Source of the DNA: an uncultured virus (IMG/VR IMGVR_UViG_3300035208_003294)
Taxonomy: Duplodnaviria; Heunggongvirae; Uroviricota; Caudoviricetes
Strand: one strand, 5' to 3'
Virus record (IMG/VR): IMGVR_UViG_3300035208_003294
Length of the DNA: 20,000 nucleotides
Position numbers and translations under genes: made by a program
Part shown: positions 8,894 through 17,008 of the stretch, piece after piece
Layout of the letters: each line of letters begins with the position of its first letter
How positions within the stretch are numbered: position 1 is the stretch's first letter
Notes under the pieces: generated by a model
Database searches by the model: none
Told to the model about the DNA's origin: nothing
What the model saw: the letters and a program-made list of their open reading frames with translations, nothing else

Positions 8894-9333
8894 TTTCGTC
8901 GATAATGAATATATCCGGTGTATGAAACGATATAAGACTTAAGTTCTTCGATGCCCGCGCTCTCGAGGATCACTGCCAATGATATGCCGGTTGTTATCTC
9001 GAATGGCGTAGGAAAGAGGAACTCTTTCTGCTGCTTGAAGTAAGCCCCTGCGAAACTTGTATAAACCAGGCCGGATTTGGTACTTAGGTATACCCTATCA
9101 ATGAATTCAGCCTCCCCACACGATACGTTCACGCTGGAGAGCATGAAGGTCTTGTTAGCTGGAACGGCGTATAGGTCTGTAGTTAATTCCACCCCCACAG
9201 TCGTTATAATGGGGACCATTGCCGAGACGCAAGAATGGTCGTTCCCATACTCTGGAAGCGCCGTTCGTTCTATGACTATCTTTGAAGGGGAAAGCTTTAC
9301 AATACCCGGTTCCTTTAGTGTGCTCGTGCTCAT
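8890..9333 (-). CDS. Hypothetical beta-rich protein, possibly virion-associated
   Basis: 147 aa; ATGA overlap with the downstream gene; LYAVPANKTFMLSSVNVS pattern typical of small phage beta-sandwich proteins. Confidence 0.6.
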   Translation of the reverse strand: MSTSTLKEPGIVKLSPSKIVIERTALPEYGNDHSCVSAMVPIITTVGVELTTDLYAVPANKTFMLSSVNVSCGEAEFIDRVYLSTKSGLVYTSFAGAYFKQQKEFLFPTPFEITTGISLAVILESAGIEELKSYIVSYTGYIHYRRK

Positions 9334-9348
9334 GTTTCATTATTCGCT

Positions 9349-9936
9349 TTATAGGCTTCTGAGATAGTTGATAGCCTTAATGTTCGAAAGCTCTTTCTTA
9401 CCTATCGTGATGTCGTTGCTTAATGAATCGATCAATGCCTGGGCACCGACCACTCCGAACTGGCCGACTATGTCGTACTTGACGCAGTCCAATGCGGCCA
9501 TCTTGGTTACTATCCTCTGGATAGAACCGTGTTTGCTCGGGTCAAATACAGACTTGAAAGAATACCTCATTATTCCGTCCATATCGCATTCCGCTGTCTT
9601 TATGAAACCCCTGATCATGGTATCTGTGATATCGATCGTCAGGTCCGTTAGTTGTTCCCTGACCAACGCTATCGTGGTATAAGTCACTATGTCATAAGGC
9701 GCCTGCCTGGCAATGCTATATGGGCCCCCGACCAATGCGACATTTAATAAACGTATCTTATACCAGGTGGTATCATCGTGATCGTTGTCGTTATAGCTCA
9801 AAACCCAATCTCCGTCCCCGTCCTTCGCATCTATCGCTGCAAGAAGCTCGAAAGTGCCCGTCTCAGTAGCGCAGTGTTTGATCTCCACGTAAGCCACTGT
9901 GCTGCTGGCCGGTTGATCCCAGGTGATAGTTGGCAT
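9349..9936 (-). CDS. FN3-like domain fused to a head-tail adaptor-like helical domain
   Basis: N-terminal TITWDQP...YVEI...SYND...TWYKIR (FN3-like); C-terminal YTTIALVREQL...IRGFIKTAECDMDG (HK97 gp6/SPP1 gp15-like start), paralogous to the next gene. Confidence 0.6.
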   Translation of the reverse strand: MPTITWDQPASSTVAYVEIKHCATETGTFELLAAIDAKDGDGDWVLSYNDNDHDDTTWYKIRLLNVALVGGPYSIARQAPYDIVTYTTIALVREQLTDLTIDITDTMIRGFIKTAECDMDGIMRYSFKSVFDPSKHGSIQRIVTKMAALDCVKYDIVGQFGVVGAQALIDSLSNDITIGKKELSNIKAINYLRSL

Positions 9937-9937
9937 T

Positions 9938-10300
9938 TTATCCGTTTGTTCTTACACTAAATGTCGGTTCTACTGCAGTTCCCTTCTTCGTTCCTACCTT
10001 GACCATTATCTGCTCCTGCTGCGTTTCAAAGCTCTTCAAAGCTTCCCTATAGTTCTGGACAGTATCGAAGTATTCCGGGCCCAGGTATCTGATACAGCTT
10101 GCGCAGGCATACGCCTTACTTGCTATATCCGCTCCGCACTGGGCTACTTCCGCATCGGTCATATTCGTTGAAAGCCCCAGGTGATCATTGACGTGCTTGT
10201 CTCCGTCAGCTATGAAAGACTCTATATTTGCCGTCGGCACGTTCACTATGTCGAACAAGTAATGCATCAATCTCACCGCCGCGACTGTTGTATAAGCCAT
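9938..10300 (-). CDS. Head-tail connector/adaptor-like protein
   Basis: MAYTTVAAVR...IESFIADGDKHVNDHLG pattern and about 120 aa size, typical of gp6/gp15-like adaptors; GGAGGT SD upstream. Confidence 0.65.
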   Translation of the reverse strand: MAYTTVAAVRLMHYLFDIVNVPTANIESFIADGDKHVNDHLGLSTNMTDAEVAQCGADIASKAYACASCIRYLGPEYFDTVQNYREALKSFETQQEQIMVKVGTKKGTAVEPTFSVRTNG

Positions 10301-10309
10301 TGTAATGTA

Positions 10310-13186
10310 TTACCTCCTCCTGCGATATATAGTCACCAATATAGTTGCCATGCCAAGGGCCCCCAAGAGATAGATGATGTTCCTGGAGATCCCACTTGCC
10401 CTATAGCTCGAGACTATTATTGCCCTGTTGCGTTCTATTGAGACATTGAATAAGCAAGTAGTTAAATTCTCTCCCGTTATCTTTGCATTCCTGAAAGCAT
10501 AATCACAGGGAGACGTTGAATTGATCCCTAGAACCATGTCTGATACATTAAACCCTGAGAAAGATAGATGATCGTTTCCTATGAAGGTTATGTTCGTTGA
10601 ATTCTCGAAATAGACATCTTCATTCATACCTTCGAAATAATCTACTGGACCAACCCCGTACCAAAGAGATACGTTATGTGAATCGGTGGATTGTTCCCAG
10701 ACAAGGTAACCAGAGCTGTTGACCATTAAAGAAGATAACGAACCGGAATCATTCTTGTACCACATGCTGTTTGGGGTGTTGTTTCCTGCGGTGATGTTCA
10801 CCGGACCACTGCCAGAAACATTACTGATAATGACCTGGATGAGGGAAGAGTTCTTAACGGAAACAAAGGCGTTTACGATAGTGCCGGAAGGGGGAGTGAT
10901 GGAGAGATTGGTTTGAGAATACCACTGCATGTCAGTAGGCAAAGAAATGTTGATTTGAGAAGAAGAGATGAGGTTAGGTAGACCAAAAATCAAGTAATCA
11001 TTAAATTGTAGGGTAACATTGTTAACAACAGAACTATTCGCATTTGCAAAACTATTTCCTGAACGATTAATTTTATAGTAAACTTGTGGAATTGCCATGT
11101 AGCCTTGTATTAATGTGCTATTCAGTCCATTCCTCCACGAAAAAACACTTGAAACATTTTCAGGAATAAAATAAGTATCAGCATCTACAAGGTTTGTAGG
11201 CTTCTGTGAACTTGTATTCCAGTGATTAAGAGAAAAGTCGTGAGTGATATTCTGATTGCTAGCTCCTTGTAACCATAAATCAACATAGAAACCAGAGCAA
11301 GTATTATTTGCTACTATCCAGTTTTTAGCAGCGGTTGTAGTGATATATGATATGTTGTCTGTTGATAGTTCGTTATTTGTTGACCTCCAAAGTCCATATA
11401 GTTCTCCAAAGAAAGCACATGAACCTGGGTTATGGTATTGGTAAGTTAGTGTTTGGGATAGATTTATAAATGGATATGCCGAAATAGTATTATTAACGAA
11501 TGACCCATTATTACAGTTATCAAATGCTGCAAATCCGGTGCTTCCAATACCAAACATTACGTTGTTCTGGACTGAAACATTTGATACATTCATACAACGA
11601 ATACCAAGATTATACCCATCTGAATTGAACGTAATGTTTGAGAACGTATTTCCACTCGCAGACAAATCTCTATTGACAAGTCCTGACCAGGCTGTGTTAC
11701 CGATGAGTAATCCTATATCGCAATTATATATTGTGTTATTTTCTGCTTTAGAACCAATTCCATAAATCCCCATACAATTACCAACTGTCCATGCAGCAGA
11801 TGACGCATCATGTGAAACGCTGTTCTTTATTGTTCCATTTATAGAATAAGAATAAATGGGAGATTTCTCGGCATTACAACTATTTACAGTACCATTAACG
11901 CTGCTTCCAGATAGAAGAATAATGCCTTTACTACAGTTTATTACACTCACATTAAAAACTGTATTATTACTTCCTCTATCCTCTACTCCTTCATCATAGC
12001 CTTGGACAGTTAGGTTCTTCACAACTGAATTTGTTCCTCTCATCGAGATTCCTGCAAAAGAACCATTCCCAATTAATGTAAGATTTCCATCTCCGGTCAG
12101 TGTTTGATTGTTACCAGTTAATAGAAATATCCCTTCATATCCTGTTGAATTTATTTGATAGCTTCCTGAACAAATATGTAGTTCTGTGTTGTCCACACCA
12201 AATGTTCTTATGTATGCTGAAAAACAACGATAAAGATTTTGAATATTTGTTTGACCGATTATGTTGCTAGTATCGTTAGCCCAGCCATAATAGGTATATG
12301 TACCAGATGAGAGATTCGTTACGTTCACATAGAAGCGGTACTCCGTCGAATTGTATTTCTGGAACTCAGAGCGGTAATGCAAGGCTATTTCTAATGCTGA
12401 CAAGGAACGATTATACATCCTAAATTCGTCAATAGATACTGTATGATTCAACTCAGAGTCTGCAAGATATGGAACCGTAGTCATAGGATTCATTACTCCA
12501 GTAAATGGCTTAGAACATTGTAATGCCCCATTTAGATATATTGAAATGTTTGTTCCTGAATATACTAAAGCATAGTGAAACCAACCTAAAGGCACTGTTC
12601 CACAGCCGTCGTTAAGTGTTGCCGTAGAATTTGAAACAACAAACTTGAAAATACCTCCTTCAATTCTAAATTTGTATTGATTCCAACTAGACATAAAAAT
12701 ATTGAAATTTGCAGATAGATTTGTTGTATTAACCCATGCCATTTGAGTATATGTTGTCCCTACATTTGATATTATTGGACAACGAATATTTGTTGCAACA
12801 TTTGAAGTGCTAACTGCATTTTCATATTTCCCTGCAATTATTGTGAGGGTTGAATTACAAACATTGTTGAGTTTGCTTATATCAATAGCCGTTGTCGCAT
12901 TCTCTCCTATCGCTGAATTATTATTGAAATTCATCGCTAACACTAACGAAGGGTCGTATATTGAGTAATTCACCCCATTCCAGTTATAGATGAACGAATC
13001 CAAAGAAGCATTGCTGAAATTACCCGTAATCGTAATATTCGACTCAACATAATTCGCACTGATAACAGCACCATCCAAAGCAGTAGGGGGCTGGAAGGAA
13101 AGATTAAGGGATTGAGCGGAGACAAAAGAAGAACTCACCATGACTAGAATTAGAAGTAGAAATGCCTGGAAGGTCTTCTTGATCAT
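10310..13186 (-). CDS. Membrane-anchored surface glycoprotein 3 (958 aa): Ig scaffold with LamG-like insert, parallel beta-helix (pectin-lyase/NosD-like), C-terminal TM
   Basis: Signal peptide; YTQMAWVN, WFHYALVY and IDEFRMYNRSLSALEI; repeated beta-helix rungs (NNTIYNCDIG, GNTFSNI); C-terminal IIYLLGALGMATILVTIYRRRR anchor; GAGGT SD. Confidence 0.85.
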   Translation of the reverse strand: MIKKTFQAFLLLILVMVSSSFVSAQSLNLSFQPPTALDGAVISANYVESNITITGNFSNASLDSFIYNWNGVNYSIYDPSLVLAMNFNNNSAIGENATTAIDISKLNNVCNSTLTIIAGKYENAVSTSNVATNIRCPIISNVGTTYTQMAWVNTTNLSANFNIFMSSWNQYKFRIEGGIFKFVVSNSTATLNDGCGTVPLGWFHYALVYSGTNISIYLNGALQCSKPFTGVMNPMTTVPYLADSELNHTVSIDEFRMYNRSLSALEIALHYRSEFQKYNSTEYRFYVNVTNLSSGTYTYYGWANDTSNIIGQTNIQNLYRCFSAYIRTFGVDNTELHICSGSYQINSTGYEGIFLLTGNNQTLTGDGNLTLIGNGSFAGISMRGTNSVVKNLTVQGYDEGVEDRGSNNTVFNVSVINCSKGIILLSGSSVNGTVNSCNAEKSPIYSYSINGTIKNSVSHDASSAAWTVGNCMGIYGIGSKAENNTIYNCDIGLLIGNTAWSGLVNRDLSASGNTFSNITFNSDGYNLGIRCMNVSNVSVQNNVMFGIGSTGFAAFDNCNNGSFVNNTISAYPFINLSQTLTYQYHNPGSCAFFGELYGLWRSTNNELSTDNISYITTTAAKNWIVANNTCSGFYVDLWLQGASNQNITHDFSLNHWNTSSQKPTNLVDADTYFIPENVSSVFSWRNGLNSTLIQGYMAIPQVYYKINRSGNSFANANSSVVNNVTLQFNDYLIFGLPNLISSSQINISLPTDMQWYSQTNLSITPPSGTIVNAFVSVKNSSLIQVIISNVSGSGPVNITAGNNTPNSMWYKNDSGSLSSLMVNSSGYLVWEQSTDSHNVSLWYGVGPVDYFEGMNEDVYFENSTNITFIGNDHLSFSGFNVSDMVLGINSTSPCDYAFRNAKITGENLTTCLFNVSIERNRAIIVSSYRASGISRNIIYLLGALGMATILVTIYRRRR

Positions 13187-13199
13187 CTTGGACCTCTCA

Positions 13200-13547
13200 C
13201 TAAGCGTAATAGATTGCTAGACCAAAAGCTCTATTCGCCGTCTGGCCCCCGCTAGTCGTGTGTTGAACTGTCAGCTCCCCGGCGAAGCTCTTCCCAATCG
13301 TCAGAGAATGAGAAGTATTCGCAGCGCATGCCCCGGAGTTATAAACGGATTTACCATTCTCGTCCAGGAGAATCAATGTAGCCGTAGTAGCGCCATCTAG
13401 TACAGGCACATCGAAAGTAGCATCGAGCATTGTACCACAAATGCGTATTGTGGTCGATATCAGATCATTATCTGTCGCGAAGAGCAGAGTCAGATCGACT
13501 TCTTTCCTGCTGACGCTCCCTGGAGCGTATACGTTTCCTCTTGCCAT
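13200..13547 (-). CDS. Hypothetical protein, probable small virion beta-sandwich protein
   Basis: 115 aa, Thr/Gly/Ala-rich, tightly packed in the structural operon. Confidence 0.65.
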   Translation of the reverse strand: MARGNVYAPGSVSRKEVDLTLLFATDNDLISTTIRICGTMLDATFDVPVLDGATTATLILLDENGKSVYNSGACAANTSHSLTIGKSFAGELTVQHTTSGGQTANRAFGLAIYYA

Positions 13548-13548
13548 T

Positions 13549-13863
13549 TTAAATCTTTATGAACTTTTCGTAAGTCGTCATGTATTCCTTCGTTAGTTTC
13601 TTTTGCTCGTCTAGTTCTTTATAACCCATTGTTATGAGCATCTTCAAAAGCTTTAGCATGTGATTTGATATGTTGAAATCTTTTGTTTCTTCTGGTTCCC
13701 AAACATAATCCCCTTCAGAAATCCCGGCCTTACGTTTTGAAAGCTCTTCTGGAGTTAATTGCAAAATCTCAAAGAACTCAGCGCAGAGCGTACATAATAA
13801 TTCTGAGCTATATTTTGGAAGAAGATTGATCAATGAAATCCTTTCGGTATAATTAGCTTGCAT
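13549..13863 (-). CDS. Hypothetical helical phage protein
   Basis: 104 aa; ERISLINLLPK...LDEQKKLT...YEKF; 1-nt gap to the next gene; function unknown. Confidence 0.65.
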   Translation of the reverse strand: MQANYTERISLINLLPKYSSELLCTLCAEFFEILQLTPEELSKRKAGISEGDYVWEPEETKDFNISNHMLKLLKMLITMGYKELDEQKKLTKEYMTTYEKFIKI

Positions 13864-13897
13864 TGTATAATATCTTGTGCTGTCCTATCTTAAATAC

Positions 13898-14332
13898 TCA
13901 AATCCCAAACATATCGTCGTTGTCTTCTACGCGGCAAATTGGGATCATCATTGCTTGGCCGGCTTCCCTTGGATTCCTAAACGGGGGCCACGTTTTGTTC
14001 TTTGGTACCGTTGGAACCAATGAAAACCCAGGAAGCAGCCTTTTGAATATGAAGTTATTAACGAATTTAGAAAGCATTTTTTGAACTTTCGTTATCCGTG
14101 AATACGGGAATACGCTGAGCGTGTATGATATCAGTTGATCTTCGCAAGTAGAAGGAAAACGGATATCATAAAATCTTAGTTCTCTAACAACGGGTTTGAC
14201 ATTTACCGGGGGAACTATGCCAAGTTTGATAAATCCCTCTTTTCTTGCGCTGTCGTCAAACTTGATTGACTGCATATAATCCTCAAACCTGGAGAGATTA
14301 TCTGCTTCAACTGCTACGAACCAATGAGTCAT
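13898..14332 (-). CDS. Hypothetical protein
   Basis: 144 aa, co-oriented and fills the gap; no function recognised. Confidence 0.7.
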   Translation of the reverse strand: MTHWFVAVEADNLSRFEDYMQSIKFDDSARKEGFIKLGIVPPVNVKPVVRELRFYDIRFPSTCEDQLISYTLSVFPYSRITKVQKMLSKFVNNFIFKRLLPGFSLVPTVPKNKTWPPFRNPREAGQAMMIPICRVEDNDDMFGI

Positions 14333-14335
14333 AAT

Positions 14336-14352
14336 AAAAAGAAAGAAAAAAA
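14336..14352 (-). terminator. Archaeal oligo-U terminator candidate
   Basis: The minus strand reads TTTTTTTCTTTCTTTTT just after the stop at 14360. Confidence 0.5.
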
Positions 14353-14359
14353 TGGTTTT

Positions 14360-14800
14360 TCAGGTCAGTTCAGTCCATGCCGGAGACGCTTTAGTTCCCT
14401 GGTTTGAATAGACTTTGCCTGTCGCTGTGTCTATTGCCATGGATCCAACGCCGCATGTTCCTGCACCATCGCCAGAGGTTCCACTTGAAGGGGTGGAAGC
14501 TGTGGTTATGATGAAGATGTTGTCGGATGCCGGGCATGATAGGACTCTTGCGTACACAGGAGATGCTTTCGTTCCTGCGTTCACGTGGACCACTCCATTA
14601 GTCCTGTCTATGCACATTCCACCAACACCTATCACAGCTGCCCCGTCTCCAGATGTACCGTTTGTAGGCGTGCCTTCCTTTGTCATGAAACCCACGCTGT
14701 TATTCAGCATAAGATAGGTTCCTGAAAAGGTGAAAGTAGTCGCAGCGCTGCTTGTTATCAGCGGATCCAAAACGCTCTTATGCGTATCGAGACTTCTCAT
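14360..14800 (-). CDS. Internally duplicated head decoration/fibre-like protein
   Basis: Two ~45-aa units (GTPTNGTSGDGA..GVGGMCIDRTNG..NAGTKASPVY and STPSSGTSGDGA..GVGSMAIDTATG..NQGTKASPAW); directly after the capsid gene; AAGGAGG SD at 14811-14817. Confidence 0.65.
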   Translation of the reverse strand: MRSLDTHKSVLDPLITSSAATTFTFSGTYLMLNNSVGFMTKEGTPTNGTSGDGAAVIGVGGMCIDRTNGVVHVNAGTKASPVYARVLSCPASDNIFIITTASTPSSGTSGDGAGTCGVGSMAIDTATGKVYSNQGTKASPAWTELT

Positions 14801-14821
14801 TTTTGTGTTTCCTCCTTAGAT

Positions 14822-14832
14822 AAAAGAAAAAA
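14822..14832 (-). terminator. Oligo-U tract after the major capsid gene
   Basis: The minus strand reads TTTTTTCTTTT shortly after the capsid stop. Confidence 0.4.
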
Positions 14833-14849
14833 TATATGCCGCGACCAGA

Positions 14850-15713
14850 TTAGGTCGTCGGTATCTTTGCGAAGGCGTCTATGTCGTGTATCTCCACTGT
14901 GAGCCACTCACTCAGGGATACAGGGAACAGGTCTTCCTCAGTCATGGTGTACGTCTTCAGCTTGGGGTTCTGGCTTATGACCAGCTCGGCTGCGTCAGGA
15001 TCTTTGCATCCTATGTAGACGTTTCCTGCAGTCACGTGAGCTGATTTCACCAGGAAATCCTCTTTCTTCTTCGCGCCCGGGAACAGGTCTACTATCGTCA
15101 TCCAGTAGGGCTGCCTCTTGCTGTCAAGACCGTTCAGCTTGTTTATGTCTGTCGGGTTCCCCAGTATGTACGAGGGCTCGAAGTTGGTGTTCAACGTTGC
15201 TATCGCATTCAGGATGTCCTGGTGCATATCGCAGGCTTCACTCTGATCCCATGCTCCGTTGTTGGTGATGGTGTTCGCTGCTGCAACACAACCGGTTATC
15301 CCTGTTATGTTAGCTGCGGAGTATCCGTTCAGGGCGAGTTTGTCCTCTTTCCTGTGGATCATCTTCGTGCATCTCTCGACTTCCTTCGCTTTCAGCTTCG
15401 GGTCCTGTGCTAAGTCCCTTTCGTGGACGTAGAAACTCTCTTTCAGCTGGTAGATGGTGAAGTTCTTCGTGGAAACGAAGGTGTTTCCGACATTCCCTCT
15501 CGCGCCCTTGGCGGTAATGAGTATGTCTGAATCGTCTGTTGCATCCATGATAGTCACAACGTCTGTGTCTATCGTCGAACCAACGTTCCTTATGGGCAAT
15601 ATCTTCCTTGCCACCATGTTGTCCTTATAATCCTCTGCGTAGGCCGCAAGGATTTTTGTCCATTCCTCCACATTGCGTGCAGGAATTCCCATCGCGGAAT
15701 CTGATGCTATCAT
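14850..15713 (-). CDS. Major capsid protein, HK97 fold, encapsulin/Linocin_M18-like
   Basis: 287 aa; MVARKILPIR, IYQLKESFYVHERDL, MIHRKEDKLALNG..AANITGI and C-terminal LTVEIHDIDAFAKI; follows DUF2213 and the cement genes. Confidence 0.8.
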   Translation of the reverse strand: MIASDSAMGIPARNVEEWTKILAAYAEDYKDNMVARKILPIRNVGSTIDTDVVTIMDATDDSDILITAKGARGNVGNTFVSTKNFTIYQLKESFYVHERDLAQDPKLKAKEVERCTKMIHRKEDKLALNGYSAANITGITGCVAAANTITNNGAWDQSEACDMHQDILNAIATLNTNFEPSYILGNPTDINKLNGLDSKRQPYWMTIVDLFPGAKKKEDFLVKSAHVTAGNVYIGCKDPDAAELVISQNPKLKTYTMTEEDLFPVSLSEWLTVEIHDIDAFAKIPTT

Positions 15714-15725
15714 TTTAGTGTGTGT

Positions 15726-16361
15726 TTATCCTCTCAACAGGCATTTTACCTGTACGAGCTTCTTCATGTTCTGCGAGCTGTACGAAAACTTCAGCGCAGT
15801 TTTGAAAGTTACCTGTGTCGTACTATCCACTGTGGCAATCTGAACTACTTCAGAGTCTGTCGCAGTAGCATCTGTCGCTCCCTGTAGGTAGACCATGTCG
15901 CCTGCTAAGAAATAAGCAGTCGATGTGACAGTTGCTGTCTTTGCTCCTGCTGTCGCGGTGCTCATCGCGGTCGTGTAGTTAGAAACTTCAGCATCCTCGA
16001 GCGCCCTTGCGCATGTGGTCGAGACTGCTTCAGTCGTCGCGCTCTCTCTTACCATAAGCCCTGAATCGTTCGCGAGCTTTAGCAGATCGCCTGCAGCAAC
16101 GTCTGTTCCCCCACCAACTACTGGAAGGTAAACTATCCCTGCAACTATGACGGGTACTGGATCATAAGTGCTGTAACATCCGGGCTGAGTCTTTTCGACA
16201 ATGTCATCCTCGGCTATGCCGATGAATCCTCTCGTGTTCGCTCCGTCAACGGCAACAACGACTGTTCCCGCTGCAGAGTATTTCACCGCCGAGCCGAATG
16301 GAATCTCTCCGGCGGCAGTCATGTGTTCCGTGTGCCATACATCTACGGCTATTCTTTTCAT
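15726..16361 (-). CDS. Capsid cement/decoration-like protein, paralog B
   Basis: AAGEIPFGSAVK...FIGIA...DPVPVIVAGIVYL...VAAGDLL...ARALEDA pattern; position between scaffold and capsid genes. Confidence 0.7.
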   Translation of the reverse strand: MKRIAVDVWHTEHMTAAGEIPFGSAVKYSAAGTVVVAVDGANTRGFIGIAEDDIVEKTQPGCYSTYDPVPVIVAGIVYLPVVGGGTDVAAGDLLKLANDSGLMVRESATTEAVSTTCARALEDAEVSNYTTAMSTATAGAKTATVTSTAYFLAGDMVYLQGATDATATDSEVVQIATVDSTTQVTFKTALKFSYSSQNMKKLVQVKCLLRG

Positions 16362-16374
16362 TTTGTAGTTGAAT

Positions 16375-17007
16375 TTATGTTCGTAATTTCGCTCTCACCT
16401 GGCAGATCTTCCTCACGTTCTTTGAACTGTAGGAGAATCTGCAAGGTTCTTTCAGCGTCATCTGAGTTCCTGAGTCTATCGACTCCACTTGCGCTATCTC
16501 TGAATCTGTCGCCAGCCCGGAAGTTCCTTCCAGGAGAACCATGTTGCCTGCGGCAAAATATGTCGTATCATCCACCGTAAGAACTTTTGAACCTGCAGTT
16601 CCTGTTGTGAGCGAGCATGTGTATAGGGACGGGTCCATATTCTCAAGAGCCCTTGCGCACGTTGCAGATGCTGACTCATCAGTAGCGCTCTCAAGAGCGA
16701 AAAGCCCTAGATCGTTTGCTATTGACAATAGGCATCCTGCAGTTATCGCGGTCCCTCCGCCGACAATTGGGAGATTGACTATCCCGGCAGTTATGACAGG
16801 AACCGCCTGCCCCCACTGATAACAACCGGCTCTCTGCATGCCGCAATAATTATCCTGGGCAACGCCCAGAAAACCCCTGGTGTTTGACCCATCGATCGCT
16901 TTGACCACCGTTCCTGCCCCGGAACGTATAACCGCCGCTCCGAAGAATATCTCTCCTGCGGCAGTGTAGTGCTCTACAGCCCATACATTGACTGAAACCC
17001 TTTGCAT
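16375..17007 (-). CDS. Capsid cement/decoration-like protein, paralog A
   Basis: Colinear full-length paralog of 15726..16361 (TAAGEI.FG.AV, NTRGF.G.A, LANDxGL, TCARALE, ATDSE, FSYSS.N). Confidence 0.7.
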   Translation of the reverse strand: MQRVSVNVWAVEHYTAAGEIFFGAAVIRSGAGTVVKAIDGSNTRGFLGVAQDNYCGMQRAGCYQWGQAVPVITAGIVNLPIVGGGTAITAGCLLSIANDLGLFALESATDESASATCARALENMDPSLYTCSLTTGTAGSKVLTVDDTTYFAAGNMVLLEGTSGLATDSEIAQVESIDSGTQMTLKEPCRFSYSSKNVRKICQVRAKLRT

Positions 17008-17008
17008 T

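Noticed and set aside
14850..15713. Cellular encapsulin nanocompartment operon
   Set aside because: The neighbours are prohead protease, cement and adaptor genes, not cargo enzymes.
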